A stretch of DNA of 64,000 bases, taken from NCBI GenBank assembly GCA_965178125.1, contig OZ237735.1, positions 1,364,001 to 1,428,000 of the forward strand, written 5' to 3'. This stretch comes from Bilabrum cf. latius. Taxonomy: Eukaryota. The number at the start of each line of letters is the position of its first letter. The first letter of the stretch is position 1. The notes beneath the pieces are model-generated. The model ran no database searches. It had not been told where the DNA came from and saw only the letters and a list, made by a program, of their open reading frames with translations. A program made the position numbers and the translations under genes. Of this stretch, positions 1-12,034 are shown in pieces.

Positions 1-1360
1 CGTGGTCACAGAACCCCCGGTGCTTGAAGCCCTATCCGTTCAATGAAAAGCCCTTAGCGGCGTCGAAGTGCACAGCCCGGATACCGAACGGCTGGTCCAC
101 CTGGTCCACTGACTCGCCTGACGGCCCGCCGCGGAGTACCGTAGTTCGCAGTGTGTACAAGTAGGGGTCTTGGACGGACCACAGCCGCACCTGTGACACA
201 CTCATGTTCCCAGCCACAGTGAGAACCTCGCCAGGACTCACAGACACAGCGGGATTGACTGCGAGCCCAACCGCAGAGCCCGACCCGGACGTGTCCAGCA
301 GCTCCACCTTGAGCACGGCCTCCTGAGGCTGCGAGTAACCGGGCACGCTAGAGTTGGAGTCTAGCGTGACATCAATGGCAAATCCCACCGATGCGTCCGA
401 TGCCCGAAGCACGGATCGCCCAGGTGTAGACCTCTCCTGGTCCAGACGAACACGCGACACATCCACCTCCGACCACGCATCCACGCCGTCAAAGTCCACG
501 TGCAGCGGGGCCACAGCTACGAGGTTCACATCTGTGAATAGACCACCGCCCGTGTACCACCAGCTAGAAGTCTTGGTGGCATCAATGAACAGGGCCAGCA
601 CGTTTTCATCCTCAGGGTCAGTGCCGTACTGCACACTGCTGTCGTTGTCCAGCCGGATTTGGAATGGGGTGTAGCCCTACAAGTGGTGGGCAGACTGATT
701 TCCGTTCAAGAATGCGGTCGTGTCGTGAAACGCTCCCTCAAATCGCACGAATACGCTCTTGGTGCCTGCCAATGATCGTGGCAAAAAGAAGTGTTTTCTG
801 TACCAAGACACATTTCGTGGGAGGAATGCATTCCCCTCAGAGTTGCTGGCGCTAAAGTTGGCGTTCTCGATCATGAAATCGTGGGGCGCGCTGACAGTGG
901 ACCAAGCCCCGTCATTGAATCCCTTGCTGCCTGGCCAGTTCAGGTTGGGCTTGCCGGAGCTGTTCCTGCCCTGTCCGACCCACGGCGACTTGCTGTCGTA
1001 GCACTTGCTGGGCTGGCCGATCCAACAGCCACCGCCCTTGTACTTAATTGGATCGAGGTACTGCCAGACGAGACAGTCAGGGGCTGCGCAGCACGACTGC
1101 CTGCACTATTCGGCAGTGCTGGCTGCCGGCACGTCCCCTAGCCCGACGCACTACACGCCTGACCTATCAACTGGGAAGGCATCTGCAGGGCAAGAAGCGT
1201 TCATGTAGATGCCAGTGTACTGCTTCAGTCCAAAGTTGAACGCAATTATTTCGCGTGAAGCAGCGACCGTTGCAGTTGCAGTTGCGAGCATCAGCCCGAT
1301 CTTGGCGAGCCTGCGAATGAGGGCAAATTTGGATGTTGTTCTACCGCATGCTATCAACAT
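1..1360 (-). CDS. Glycoside hydrolase family 2 (beta-galactosidase-like), probably secreted; 3' end runs off the window
   Basis: One frame joins ORFs 1151-1360, 677-874 and 32-634 through TAGs at 1151, 1106, 677 and 32. GH2 motifs: PHDF, WYRKHF, VRFEG, GYTPF, LWSVQDPYLY, FGIR, FSLNG*GFKHRGFCDH. Cys-rich insert (SGV*CVGL...CRQSCC...WQY...CWIG). Start could be 1360 or 1291. Confidence 0.85.
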
Positions 1361-1700
1361 AACATAACTATAAGTAACAGTTTAGCAAGAGAAGCTTACA
1401 TGATCCCCTGAATTGGTTTTGCGCTGTCGGAATATGACGCGCAGCCCTTCTGTGATATACATAATACGGCACGCTACTAACACTCTAGACGCGCTCCTCG
1501 CCATGGCGGCCGCCAACGTCAAGACATGGTTGAACCAGAATGGGCAGTATGACGGGGTGCCGGCAGGGGGCGCCGGATGGAACGCGAACGCTGACGCTCT
1601 CCAGGGGGAAGTGGGTCCCTCTTTCGAACAAAATATCACATCCCCCATGCACTCCAGCCGCAAGCAAATCCAGTGGATAATCCTCAAGCTGTGGATCTTA

Positions 1701-3779
1701 TCAGTCAGCCCACACGAGCTCGTCGCTATCCCCGTGGCCATCTCCGGCATCTACCGACGACAGGTCGGGGGGATCGCTCACTCCCACTCGGAACGGCTTG
1801 AATCCGAACGTGCGATGACGAACCAAGGACTGCGACAAATCTCCGGCAGTTCCAGTTCCGTCAATTGGCGGGGTACCGCTCCTCTGATTGCGCTGTTGCG
1901 TGATTTGGTTGTGCATCCCGCGCACGCGGCGGATTGCTGCAGCTACCGAGTCAGCGCCGACAGTTATGCCATTCCGATTCCGAGTCGATGCGACCCCGGA
2001 TTTTCCTCGATGGAGGCTGCTGTCTAGACTCGCGGAAGCGGCGCCCGGGCGAACTGGGGAGCCGGGCGGACTGGCAGCGTCAGCCAGCTCCAGCTCCCCA
2101 GCGCCTCGGGCGTCCGCCTGCCCAGGTGCCTCGATCGATGCTGGTGCAGCAGCAGCAGCGCACAAGCTAGCCCTCACCAGGATCGAGCACCCAACCAGGG
2201 CCGCATCAACTTCAGATTCGGAGGGGGCGCCGATCCCAGACACGGCATCCATCGTGCTCTGCCGCACCGCCTCGATGTCGAGCTCCGTGACGCACACCAG
2301 ACGCTGTATGCTTACAGAGCCGCCCGCTGGGCCCCCGATCGGCTGCCCGTCCACGCGGGCTCTGGGCCTGGTCTTCACCCCAATCACAACGACGTCCTCG
2401 CCGAGGGCGCCGTCCGCTCTCAGGAGCTGCTGCAGCACACCGCCGTCCAGCGAGGAGTGGGCGATCAGCCGCAGGTCGAGGGATGGCTGTCTCCTGCCCG
2501 CGGCGCTCGAGGCAGACTAGCGACCCACGCGCATGCTAGGGGCCCGTCGAGACGCGGTGCGCCTCATGCCGCCCGCGAAATAGTACAGATTGGGATCCCT
2601 GCCAGCACCATGACCCGCATTGTGACCCGCATGGCCCTTCGCACCTGCACTGCCCAGGCCCAGGCCAAGATCAAGATCCTCTCCGGGACCGCCCTCCTTA
2701 CCGCTGTCTTCGTCTTCATCGTCTTCGCTACTATCTACTTCTACCAGAGTTGCCTCGGGAATGTGAAAGTTTCCCCCGCGACCCCGCGGCGAGCCAAGCA
2801 GGCTCGCCCGAACGCCCGCCCCGGCAGCTGCGGTCTTCGATCTCGTCATCGGCGACCCGTCCTTCTTTCGACCAAAGAGCATGCGCTCGAGGCTGTCTAG
2901 GCTGTCGGAACTCCTCGTTCGGCACAACATCCCATCGTCCGGCCCGAAGACGACATCAAATGCCCATACGTCTCCTCCCGTGAGCACCGGTTGCGCAAAG
3001 GATCCCAGCCTGAGGGACGAATGTCGAAAACTGTGACTTCCAGCTAATGCAGCCGCCTTCTAATCCGCGGTCTTTCCGAAATGAGAGCTATCTGAATCAT
3101 CGGGTGTTGGCCCAATGCCGAAGCTGCTAGAAGTATGCTTCGAGCTAGCCCAGCGCATCCGCCTTCCGGGTGGTTTCGATTTGCTGCCACCGTCAACGCT
3201 GTCTGGGGTGCCGTACCCGCTGGAAGATTCTGTTAGACCTTGCAACTGATCAGTCATAAGATAATGCCTCACAATGAATTGCCAGGCTGCTACTGCAAGC
3301 CACAAAACAGCAACGGAGCCAAGACTGCCAAGGAGCTCCACGCTGATATCCCGGACCCCAACTCTGTCTCCACGGCCCGTGGCTCGGCCCAAAATTGACA
3401 GAAGTATGAGCAAAATAGTAACTGAGCCTGCAACAAGAGGCATTATTGCAGCTACGAGGGAGTCTGCCTCGAGGCTTCTGAAGTATGTGCACGAACTGTC
3501 CTGCCCACGGGCTGCGCACAGCGCAACGATTTCGAGAGATAGAGCGCACAACGGCAGCCCACAAAGCGACCATAACAGGAAATCCATATCCTCCGGGACC
3601 AATATGAACAGAAGTGCGTTGCAGACTGCTCCTATCCCCGACAACAAAGTGCTTGAATAGCCTACAATCGTTTTGTCGCAGCAGCCAAGCAATGTCGCGG
3701 GTGAACGAGGCTCGGACGCTTCTTTCTTTTGGGACTGCCTTGTCGCGGAGAAGAGCAGGGAATCGCGAGGGGTCGACAT
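1701..3779 (-). CDS. Hypothetical membrane protein (about 4 N-terminal hydrophobic helices, long low-complexity C-terminal region)
   Basis: ORFs 3060-4070, 2517-2987 and 1701-2438 share a frame, joined by TAG at 3060 and 2517; ends in TGA at 1701. The ATG at 3779 is an inferred start. No family recognised. Confidence 0.6.
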
Positions 3780-3912
3780 TTTGTCGACCGCGAAAGAGTG
3801 GAATATTCCGCTAGCTGTGTGAGTCGGTCGCCAGATTTGGTCGCAACAAGTGTCCCAGGTGCAATGGTAGAGGTACAAGGCAGTAAACAGAGGGCAGTGC
3901 TGACTGCTGCAT

Positions 3913-6900
3913 TCATCGCACAATGTCCAAGACTCGAACAGCAGCAGCGCTGCCATCGAGCATGCTCGTGACGGCCGCGGCGTTGCGCACGAATGCAACA
4001 TCGCGAAGGCTGGCTGCTTTCGATCCAGACGCAAGCCTAGCCACGGCCGCGCACGCGGCCCCACCGGCAACGAGCACGTCCGCCCCCTTGCTAGCCGCAG
4101 ACGTCACCGCCTGCACGATCGCAGCAGTGCCCTCCTGCCAGTCCTCCACCTCTGCGATTCCCATCGTCCCGCCTAGCCACGCCAGCGTGCCCGCCCCTTC
4201 CACGGCTTCCGCCATCCCGTCGCGACTGGACGACCCCACGTCCACCACGCAGCCCTAGACGCGCCGCTGGGCCCCCGGCCCGTCCACTACGACCTCGTCG
4301 CTGCTGCCCTCATACTACCAAGACACTGCGCCCACTAGCTCGGCCCCGGCCCCCTCGTATCCCGCGCTAGCATGCGCACGCACGAGGGCACGGAGCGGTC
4401 GCCCCGCCCCCTGCCGCACACGCCGAGCCTCCGCCACAGCGACTGCCAGGGCCTCGTCTCGCTTGCGTCTCGCCCTGCGTCGTATATCCAGCCGGTCGTA
4501 TCCGTCGTCGTCATCGCTGTCCAGGTCCTCGAATGCCTCCTGCTCTGTCTCGAGTGGGTTCTCCTCCTCCTCGTACTCCTCCTCGTCCTCGTCCTCCATG
4601 CCGGGGATGCAGGGGCACCACGGCGACGGCGACACGACGAAATCGAAGGGGGCATAGCACCTCACGCCACGAGTGCGGCAGACCCCGAGGGCGTGCCTCA
4701 CAGCGGGCGCGAGGGACTGGAACTAGGAGGCGCCGACGGTCGACCGAGCCGTGTCTGGCATGCTGATGGACGCAGCGTGAGCGCGCCACGCGCAGCCAAC
4801 GAGCCCGCCTAGCACGATCGCATCGGCCACTGCAGCTACCCGGGGCAGCAACTACACCTGACGCTCCAGGGCGGCTGGACCCCCGCCCAGCACCACAACC
4901 ACAGGCCGCTTGATGCCGAGCTCGCACTGCGACGGCCCCTTGCCCCCGCCCGGCCCCAGCGAAGCCGAGGATGCCTGCACCAAGGAGCCACTCCCTGCAG
5001 ATCCAGTGCCCCCTGCTGCGCGGGCGGCACGTTCCGCCACGCGCGCCCTCTCCGAGTCTGCCGCCGTCCAGGCGGTGGTTCGTTTGCCTGCCTGGAGCAA
5101 GGCATGCACGGCTGACATCACGCCAGCCAGGCGAGGACCTGCCACCGCGCGTGGGCCCGTTTGAGCCACGCCAGCGGGACGTGCGCTGGTCGCAGGATCC
5201 GCCGAGTGCGCCGCGGCCGCGTCATCCACGACGAGTACGCTGCCAAGGGCAGCGATGGCTGCTTGCATCGCAGCGGCGCGCAGCGTCAGCGCATTCCGTT
5301 TCCTAGTCAGCGCCATCGCTGTGAGACCTGATGGTCCACTGGGAGGCGATGAAGCAAACCCTGCGTCGCTCGCCGGCGATGCCACAAGCTGTCCGCCGAT
5401 CGCTGCCACTCGGCTGCGCGATAGTTGCCTCGCCGGCGACAGAGCACCACCATCGGATGCCTAGGGCACAGCACTATCGGACCCGCTCTTCGCATGCAAA
5501 GGACTGCCAAGTGCCTCGGACCGCAGAAGCACCGCCTGTCTCTCCTGCCTGGCGCGCAGGGCAATGATTCCTTGGTGCACGGCGCCCGCCAAGGAACCGC
5601 TGAGGCCGAAGCGGCCCACTTCGTCTGCTTCCATTGCAAGAAGTTGCACGCCATCCACGCCCGCCTGCGCCATGCTAGCGGCTGCGAGGCCCAGGCGAGC
5701 GCCCTATACGCCGCTCCTTTCGCCGACGCCTCTAATCCACAGCGAAACTAGAGCCGGGGGCCAGTCTGCCACAGGCATAGCCTGCAGCACAGCAGGAGGG
5801 TAGAGGCCACCTGCTTGTGGGACCGCTGGCACGCCCCGCCGCGACCACCTCTGCTCCCGCCCCTGACTCACTGCCAGGTCAGCCCCGGTCCAAGACTCGT
5901 ACGAGGGTCCGGCTAGCTCGCCGATGGGCTGTGCTCCGCCAGCGGCCACAGGGTCCAGTAGGGCGAGGTTCTCAAGGAACACCACCTAGCAAGGCGGCAC
6001 GCTAGGAGACTCTTCGCCTTCAGCTGCCTACGCTGCTGCCCTCACCGCCGATTGGTGCTCAGACTGCAAGCCATTTGACAAGGAGCGCGCGTGATCCAGC
6101 ACGGCCGCGGCCAGCCTCGGGCCTGGCGTGGAATGCTGCCGCTATTCTGCACCCGCGCTGCCTTCCTGAGTCTCCTGCACGCCAACGAAGTGCACAGGCA
6201 GGGTAGACAGGCACGAGCCGAGGGCAGCAGCTACGGGTCGCAGACTGGCCGCTGGCACGGCAGTGCGACCCCCGCTGAAAGGCGACAGGTGTAGTGGCAG
6301 CGACACCGGTGCACCGAGGGCAACAGCATCCTCATGAGCTCCCGTGCCGGCTGCAGCCTAAACCAGCACATCCAAGGGATCGATTGAATTAACCTCGTTC
6401 CCCGCCGTGACTGTTGACTCGCCCGCTCCAGCACTACCCTCGTTGCCTTCAGCCTCCTGCTCGTCGGCTGCCCCGCTTGGTGCATCCCCACCGTCTCCAT
6501 CTCCAGCTCCTGAGGCTGGGGCTGCTGGAGGTGCTTCTGATGTGGCGCTCACACCAGCAATGAGAGACTAGCACATGGCCCCTCGCACGGCAGCACTGGC
6601 TGGGAGCCGGGCCAGCAGACCACCCGCCGACGCCTTGGACAGCAGCACGGTGGCAGGGAGGCCTGCTTGCCGCAGGGCCTGCGCGCGAGCTGCGCGGCGC
6701 TTGGCCCTGAACCGCACTGCGGCAGCCACACCGGCGGCCGTCTCGGCATACTTACTTGCCGACTCTTGGCCTGCCTTCTGCTCCACCTCTGCCTCCGCAC
6801 GATCCAGAGCCTCGGCAACAGCGGCTGCCGCGCCGTGCATGCCCGGTCTAAATTCCTTTGCGTCGAGCTGCCTGTGGGGCAGCGCGGGCTCAAAGGTGCC

Positions 6901-9900
6901 CTGCCTGCCCACCACCACCACGCACGCGGCACCCATGTCGGCGATCTCCTGCACGGTGCTCTGCAGCGTTCGGACGAGCGGGTGCCTCGCCAGCTGGGCT
7001 GCTTGCGGCTGCACGTAGGGCGTCTCTATGACCCCTGCACCGAACGCTGACTTGAGACCGCCCGCTACCGTGGCTGAAGTTCCAGCGGTCTTGGCGGTCC
7101 CCTTGGTCATTCCAGACACCACGCTCCTGCCGCCCGATCCCGGTCGCCTGCTGCCTCCCCCCATCAGAACCGAGGTTCCTTCCGCCCCTTCGAGGTCAGG
7201 CAGGTCGTCCTCAGCCTCCTCTTCGTATCCGCACTGCACACCCGCAGAGGACTGAGACCCTGCTGCACTAGCAGCAGTCGAATGCTCCGGGTGATCACTC
7301 CAGAACTGCTCTTGCTCCTCGCTGGCGGCAGGAAACAAGGGGAGGTCAAGGTCAGCCCGGAGCACTACAGTCTTCCCGCGAACATCCGCATGCTCCAGCA
7401 CGGCCCGGCGATTGAGTCGGAGGGCATCGGTGGCTCTTCCACCGCGCATGCTTGCTAGGTGTCCACCCGCGTCTCCCCTGTGCAAGTGCGCCAGCGCATG
7501 CGACACCACGGCGTCTCCAACGACTCGCTGGCTGTTGGGCTGCTTGGCAAAGAGTGAGGCAGCCCTGTGAATAACAGATGCCCCGTTTGACAAGAGCGCT
7601 GACACCGCTTTGGATGCTGCCTTACGAGCGGTGGCTTCTTCGGCAGTCGACAGGGGTGGCCCTGGTTCGGCTGGCTGTGGCTCCGGCGCATTGCTAGGCG
7701 GCTAACCAGCTGCCGCGGCGTCGTCCTTGCCCTTGCCTTTGCCCTTGTCTGCTTTGCTCTTCTTCCCTTTTCCGGCTGCAGCGGCCTCTGCTTCTTCTCT
7801 CTGGTGCCGCTGCCTATCCTCTTCTGCTTTTCTGGTCGCCTCTTCCCGTTCGTCGGCTTCCTGGATCGCCGCGGACCTGCTGGCATCGTAACCCTCAATG
7901 TCCCCGCCTTCCGGCTCCTCTGCCTCCTCCTCGCTGTCCTCGTCGTCGTCAAAGTCGTCATCGCTTTCATCGTCCTCCTCGTCGTCCTCGACTCCACGGG
8001 CCTCCTTGACCAACCGAAGCACCCGCCGCATCATCCTACCCTCGGGATCTTCGGCCCCGAACACCAAAGATTGCACCTCTGCTGCAACGCCATGGGAGGA
8101 GCCGGCCGACCCATCTGCATCGGCACCTCGCAGCCCCTGGCTTGAATGCCTTTCGTTCTCGCTTACCACGGGCAGCGTCCACTCGGCCACAGAATCTGCT
8201 TGGTGCCGCAGGGCCCACGCCTTGTGGGCCTTCTGCTCCGCCCTGGGAATGCGTCTGTCCTCGGCCTCCGACTGCCTCACGCGCTCCTGCCACCTCTCCT
8301 CCGCCTCTGCAGCCGCCCTGTCCATGATCTCCTCCGACCCTCGGGGAAGCATGCCAGCCCGCACCCTCGAGGCCTCGCTGGCGAGAGGGACAGCAGCTGC
8401 GATTCGGAGCACAAAGTCCCGCACCACGTCGTACAGAGGCGACTGCTCCGGACCGGGGCGGGCAGCGGGCACGGTTGGCAGCGGGACGAACGGGCCGTCC
8501 GGAACTGCCAGGCGAGGGCTTTCCTGTTCGGCCTCGGTCAGGTCCCCTTTCTTCCCTTTGCCTCCTTTGCCTTTCTTCTTGGACGCAGCAGCCTCTGCTG
8601 CTGCCTCCTCTTCCGCCTTGCGCCGCTCCTCGGCGGCTCTCTCGGCTGCGATGCGGCCCACCTCCCTCTCGAGTGTTGGCTCGGGGTCAGCGCGATCGCA
8701 GTCGGCGGCCGATGCAGGCTGCAGCTGCTCCAATTGGTGTGCAAGTGCATCGTCGACATTGCCCGACAGTGCAGCGGGTTCGCCAACATCATCAGCGTCA
8801 GGGCCTGCCGCTTCTGCCGCCGCACGCTCTGCCTCTGCTTCTGCGGCTGCTTCGTCCTGCAGGTGCTCGGCCTCTGCCACGAGCTCGTCCATGGAGCGGA
8901 TCTCCGAGCCAGCCGCTGCGGTTGCAACGAGAATCGCCAGGCGTCGTTGCGCCCACGCCTTCCACCGCGGCAGCAGGTCTTGCCTCGTGGGCGTGACGGT
9001 CGCTCGTTTCTCAGCCTCGATCTATAGCTCCTCCTCGTCCGGCTCCTCGTCCTCTGGAGCACCACCTTTTCCCTTCTTCTTGCCCCCTTTCGCTCCTCCC
9101 TTCTTGTCGGCCTTTTTCGCACCCTTCTTAACCCCCTTGCCTCCGCTGGATTCTGCCTCCGCTGCCTCCCGCTCCAGCCGGGCTGCGTGCGCCTAGCGCA
9201 GCCTAAGCAGCTCCTCTTCCTCCTCGCTGGGGTGTGGCGGCTGCAGCGCAGAGATGGCTCGGGATACTGATGCCACGTAGCAATCCCACGACCACTCGTC
9301 CCGGTTGTCCTCGCCCAGCTGCTCCAACAGGCGCTGGTGCGCTGAGTGGGCAAGCGCTTCGATGGCGGCATACACGTTGGGAGCGTAGTGCAGGCCACCG
9401 TTGCGACTCTCAAAGCGAGCCATCTGCAGTTCGAGCAAGGCCTCGCCCTCTGGCGGCCCGGGTATCTCTCGCGCCTCCTCCCTCGTGCGGTGGTTCTGCG
9501 CATCCCGCTCGCTGGCGGCCGCAGCGGCGTCCCGCAAGTGCCTCTCGATCCCGTCCCTCTTGGGCCCCGTCGTGTCGTCCTCCACCACGGTGGCTTTGAC
9601 ACGTACCACTGCGACAGGATCGGCGCCGTTATTTGCCACGGGCACGCTTCGAAGCTCCCAAGCCCCGGTGTGGACTCCAGGCACGGACCCATCCACAGCG
9701 AATCGGAAGGTCTTGGTGGCTCCCGGAGGGAACACTGACCCACGCTCCAGGGCGGCACCCACGAGCTGTACCGCCTCGCTGTCCGTGCCCCCTAGCTGCG
9801 TCTCTGGCGCTGGCTGCCGCCTCCATCGCAAGCGCACGGCACGCGTACCGGTGTTGACAAGGTCTACGGCGCCTGTGGTGCCCCCTCCTTGGTCGCACTG

Positions 9901-11904
9901 CAGCGTGACTTGCACTCCATCGCCGTTTCCCTCCCCACCGTGAACCACAAGCGAACCCTGCTGGTCCTGGGCGTGGCCCCACGCGGCCCTGCCCATGCTG
10001 GGCTCTCGCACGGAGCCCGCGCGCCTTGTCCCGGTTGCCCCGAACGAAGCCTCGATCGTAGCTGGGCCGCTCCGCTGGTCTCCAGCCCTGCTTGGGTGCG
10101 TGAATGCGTCCCGCGATACGCGAAGGAACAGGTTGGCACCCGGAAGCGGGCCAGCATCACCATCCTCCTCGTCCATTCCAGCCGCCCAGTAGCCGTCATT
10201 GCTTCCAGAGTCCACTCTCTGTCGGCCGATGCCCATCCCTCTGCCGCTAGGCTGGGCCTGTTGCATGGACGCTGGATCGGCACCCCTGGCCGCCTTGGTC
10301 CCGCTCAGTAGGTCATCGATCCCGTCCATCATTGCAGTAGCCTGCGCCATGTCTCCGTCCTCCTCGTCGCTGCCCTCGTCCAGCCCAAAATCACCCATGC
10401 GGCCGGACCCAGCCCTCCTCAGCCCGCCAAACCCGCTCGCGTTGGTTCCCCCGCCGGCGGCACCGCCGAGAGCCTTACCTTCCATGAGACCCTCCACCAC
10501 CCGCAAAGAGGGGCGGCGCGGCCGGTCCACTTCGTCCCCCCTCGCGCTGGGGCTCCCTGGGCGACCCACCACGCCATCTCGGGGACGGGTGGCCGTGAAA
10601 CCGCCAACTCCGACGCTGCGCCTGGCCCACTGCAGCAGGTCGCGGCCTTCGATCACCAGCCCGTCAGCGGCATCTGCCGATATCTCGTGCGGCCTGAGTT
10701 TTTTGATCCGATCCTCCAGCTGCCTGCGCTTCCTGCGCATGGCGGGCGCGTCCCTCCACGACTTGCCGTACGCGCTCTTGCCCACTGCTTCCGTCGAGGT
10801 AGTGGTGTGGGTGTGCACGGAACCCTCCGTGACGTGCACCCGCCTGCCTCCCGTGGCTCGCGCCGGGCGGCGCACCGTCTCTGCCACGGGTTTCGGCTTG
10901 GTCTTGATGGGCACGTACAGTGCGTTGAAGATGTTGCCGATCTGGATGAAGCGCTGGCCCCCACCTCGCAATGACATTTCCCAGCCGTCCGCGGACTTCT
11001 TCTCTTCGTCGGGAACCGCCTTGTCCAGCACATCGAGTTCCTCCTGGATTTCTCGCCACTCTTCGGATTTCGCCACGACGGTGGCCCCTTCCTCCCGCCC
11101 TACCTTGGCCGCCATCTTGGCCCGCACCCTCTCCCAGTCGCGCTGCTGCTTCTCCCAGCGGGCGCGGGCCCGTTCCTCCCTGCCTGCCCGCACCCTCTCG
11201 TGGATTAAAAGACCCTGCCTGTGCTTATCCTTGCGCTTCTTTTCCTCCTGCTTCAGGTGCCGGCTAGTCTCGGCCAGCGAGTCTGCGGTGCGAGCTCGCA
11301 CGTGCCTCTGCCTCGCTGCTCGCTGCGGGCCGGGCGCGATTCCGACCTGGCGCGGCGGAAGCCCGCGGGAAGATTGTTGGCTGCTTTCCCTCGGCTGGCC
11401 CTGGTGCGCAGGTGCTTGGGCGCCGGCCATGCCCACGCCTTGCCGAGTGGAGGAGTGGATCGGCGGCAGCCTGCTCGCTGTGCCCGACGCAACAGCAGCA
11501 GAGTCAGGGCGCTGGGAAACGCCCAGCAAGTTGGAATCAGCGTTAAATGCCCCGCCCTGCTTGGCACGGACCGGCGATGATCCACCACTGGCTAATGGCG
11601 GGGCTACTGCGCGAGCCCTGCTAAGGTCGTCGCCGTCTTGCACCGGCCTTGCAACGAGTATCCTGCGCCTGGCCTAGGAGCCTCCTCGTGCTGCCAAATG
11701 TCCAGTATCTGTGAGGGCGAAGGCATACATTTTGAGGCATTGGCATGGACTTTCAATGACTGAACGATGGGTACCTCGGTTGTGCGTGTGCTCACAAGTA
11801 GTATTCCCCGGCTAATCGTTCACGGAAGCAATTGAGTCTTCAGACTCAAGCACAAATCGCCGACTTCCATGGCGGATAGCGGTAAGTCTACCTGGAGCGG
11901 CCAT
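3913..11904 (-). CDS. MYCBP-associated-protein-like (ciliary) N-terminal region fused to a degenerate phosphoglycerate kinase-like C-terminal region, ~2660 aa
   Basis: Ten ORF-track fragments lie in one frame, joined by about 16 TAGs; ends in TGA at 3913. MYCBPAP-like motifs: WEMSLRG..IGNIFNALY, LVNTGTRAVRLRW, GSVFPPGATKTFRF..PGVHTGAWEL. PGK-like motifs in order: VRGKTVVLRADLDLP, SLRPVAAAL, VVFLENL, VVVLGGG, V*LL..VADAIVLGG, PFDFVV, VDVG...LAWLGGTMGIAE..W.EGT. The start is uncertain and a 5' intron is possible. Confidence 0.75.
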
Positions 11905-12034
11905 GGGAGGCCGGCAAAGACTTCTGTCTGTCCGTTGCAACTTTGCGGAACTTAAAAATTGCGCAGCGCCGCCGGCACTTTGTTGTGTGCGCTTTGTAGC
12001 ACCTGCTGCAGTCCCGTATTTTGTCGGCCCTAGC

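Noticed and set aside
7898-11677. Long plus-strand ORFs (7898-9196, 10199-11677) and similar antisense ORFs such as 13786-14877, 22095-23234 and 51473-52318
   Set aside because: They are shadow ORFs opposite GC-rich real genes and show no recognisable motifs.
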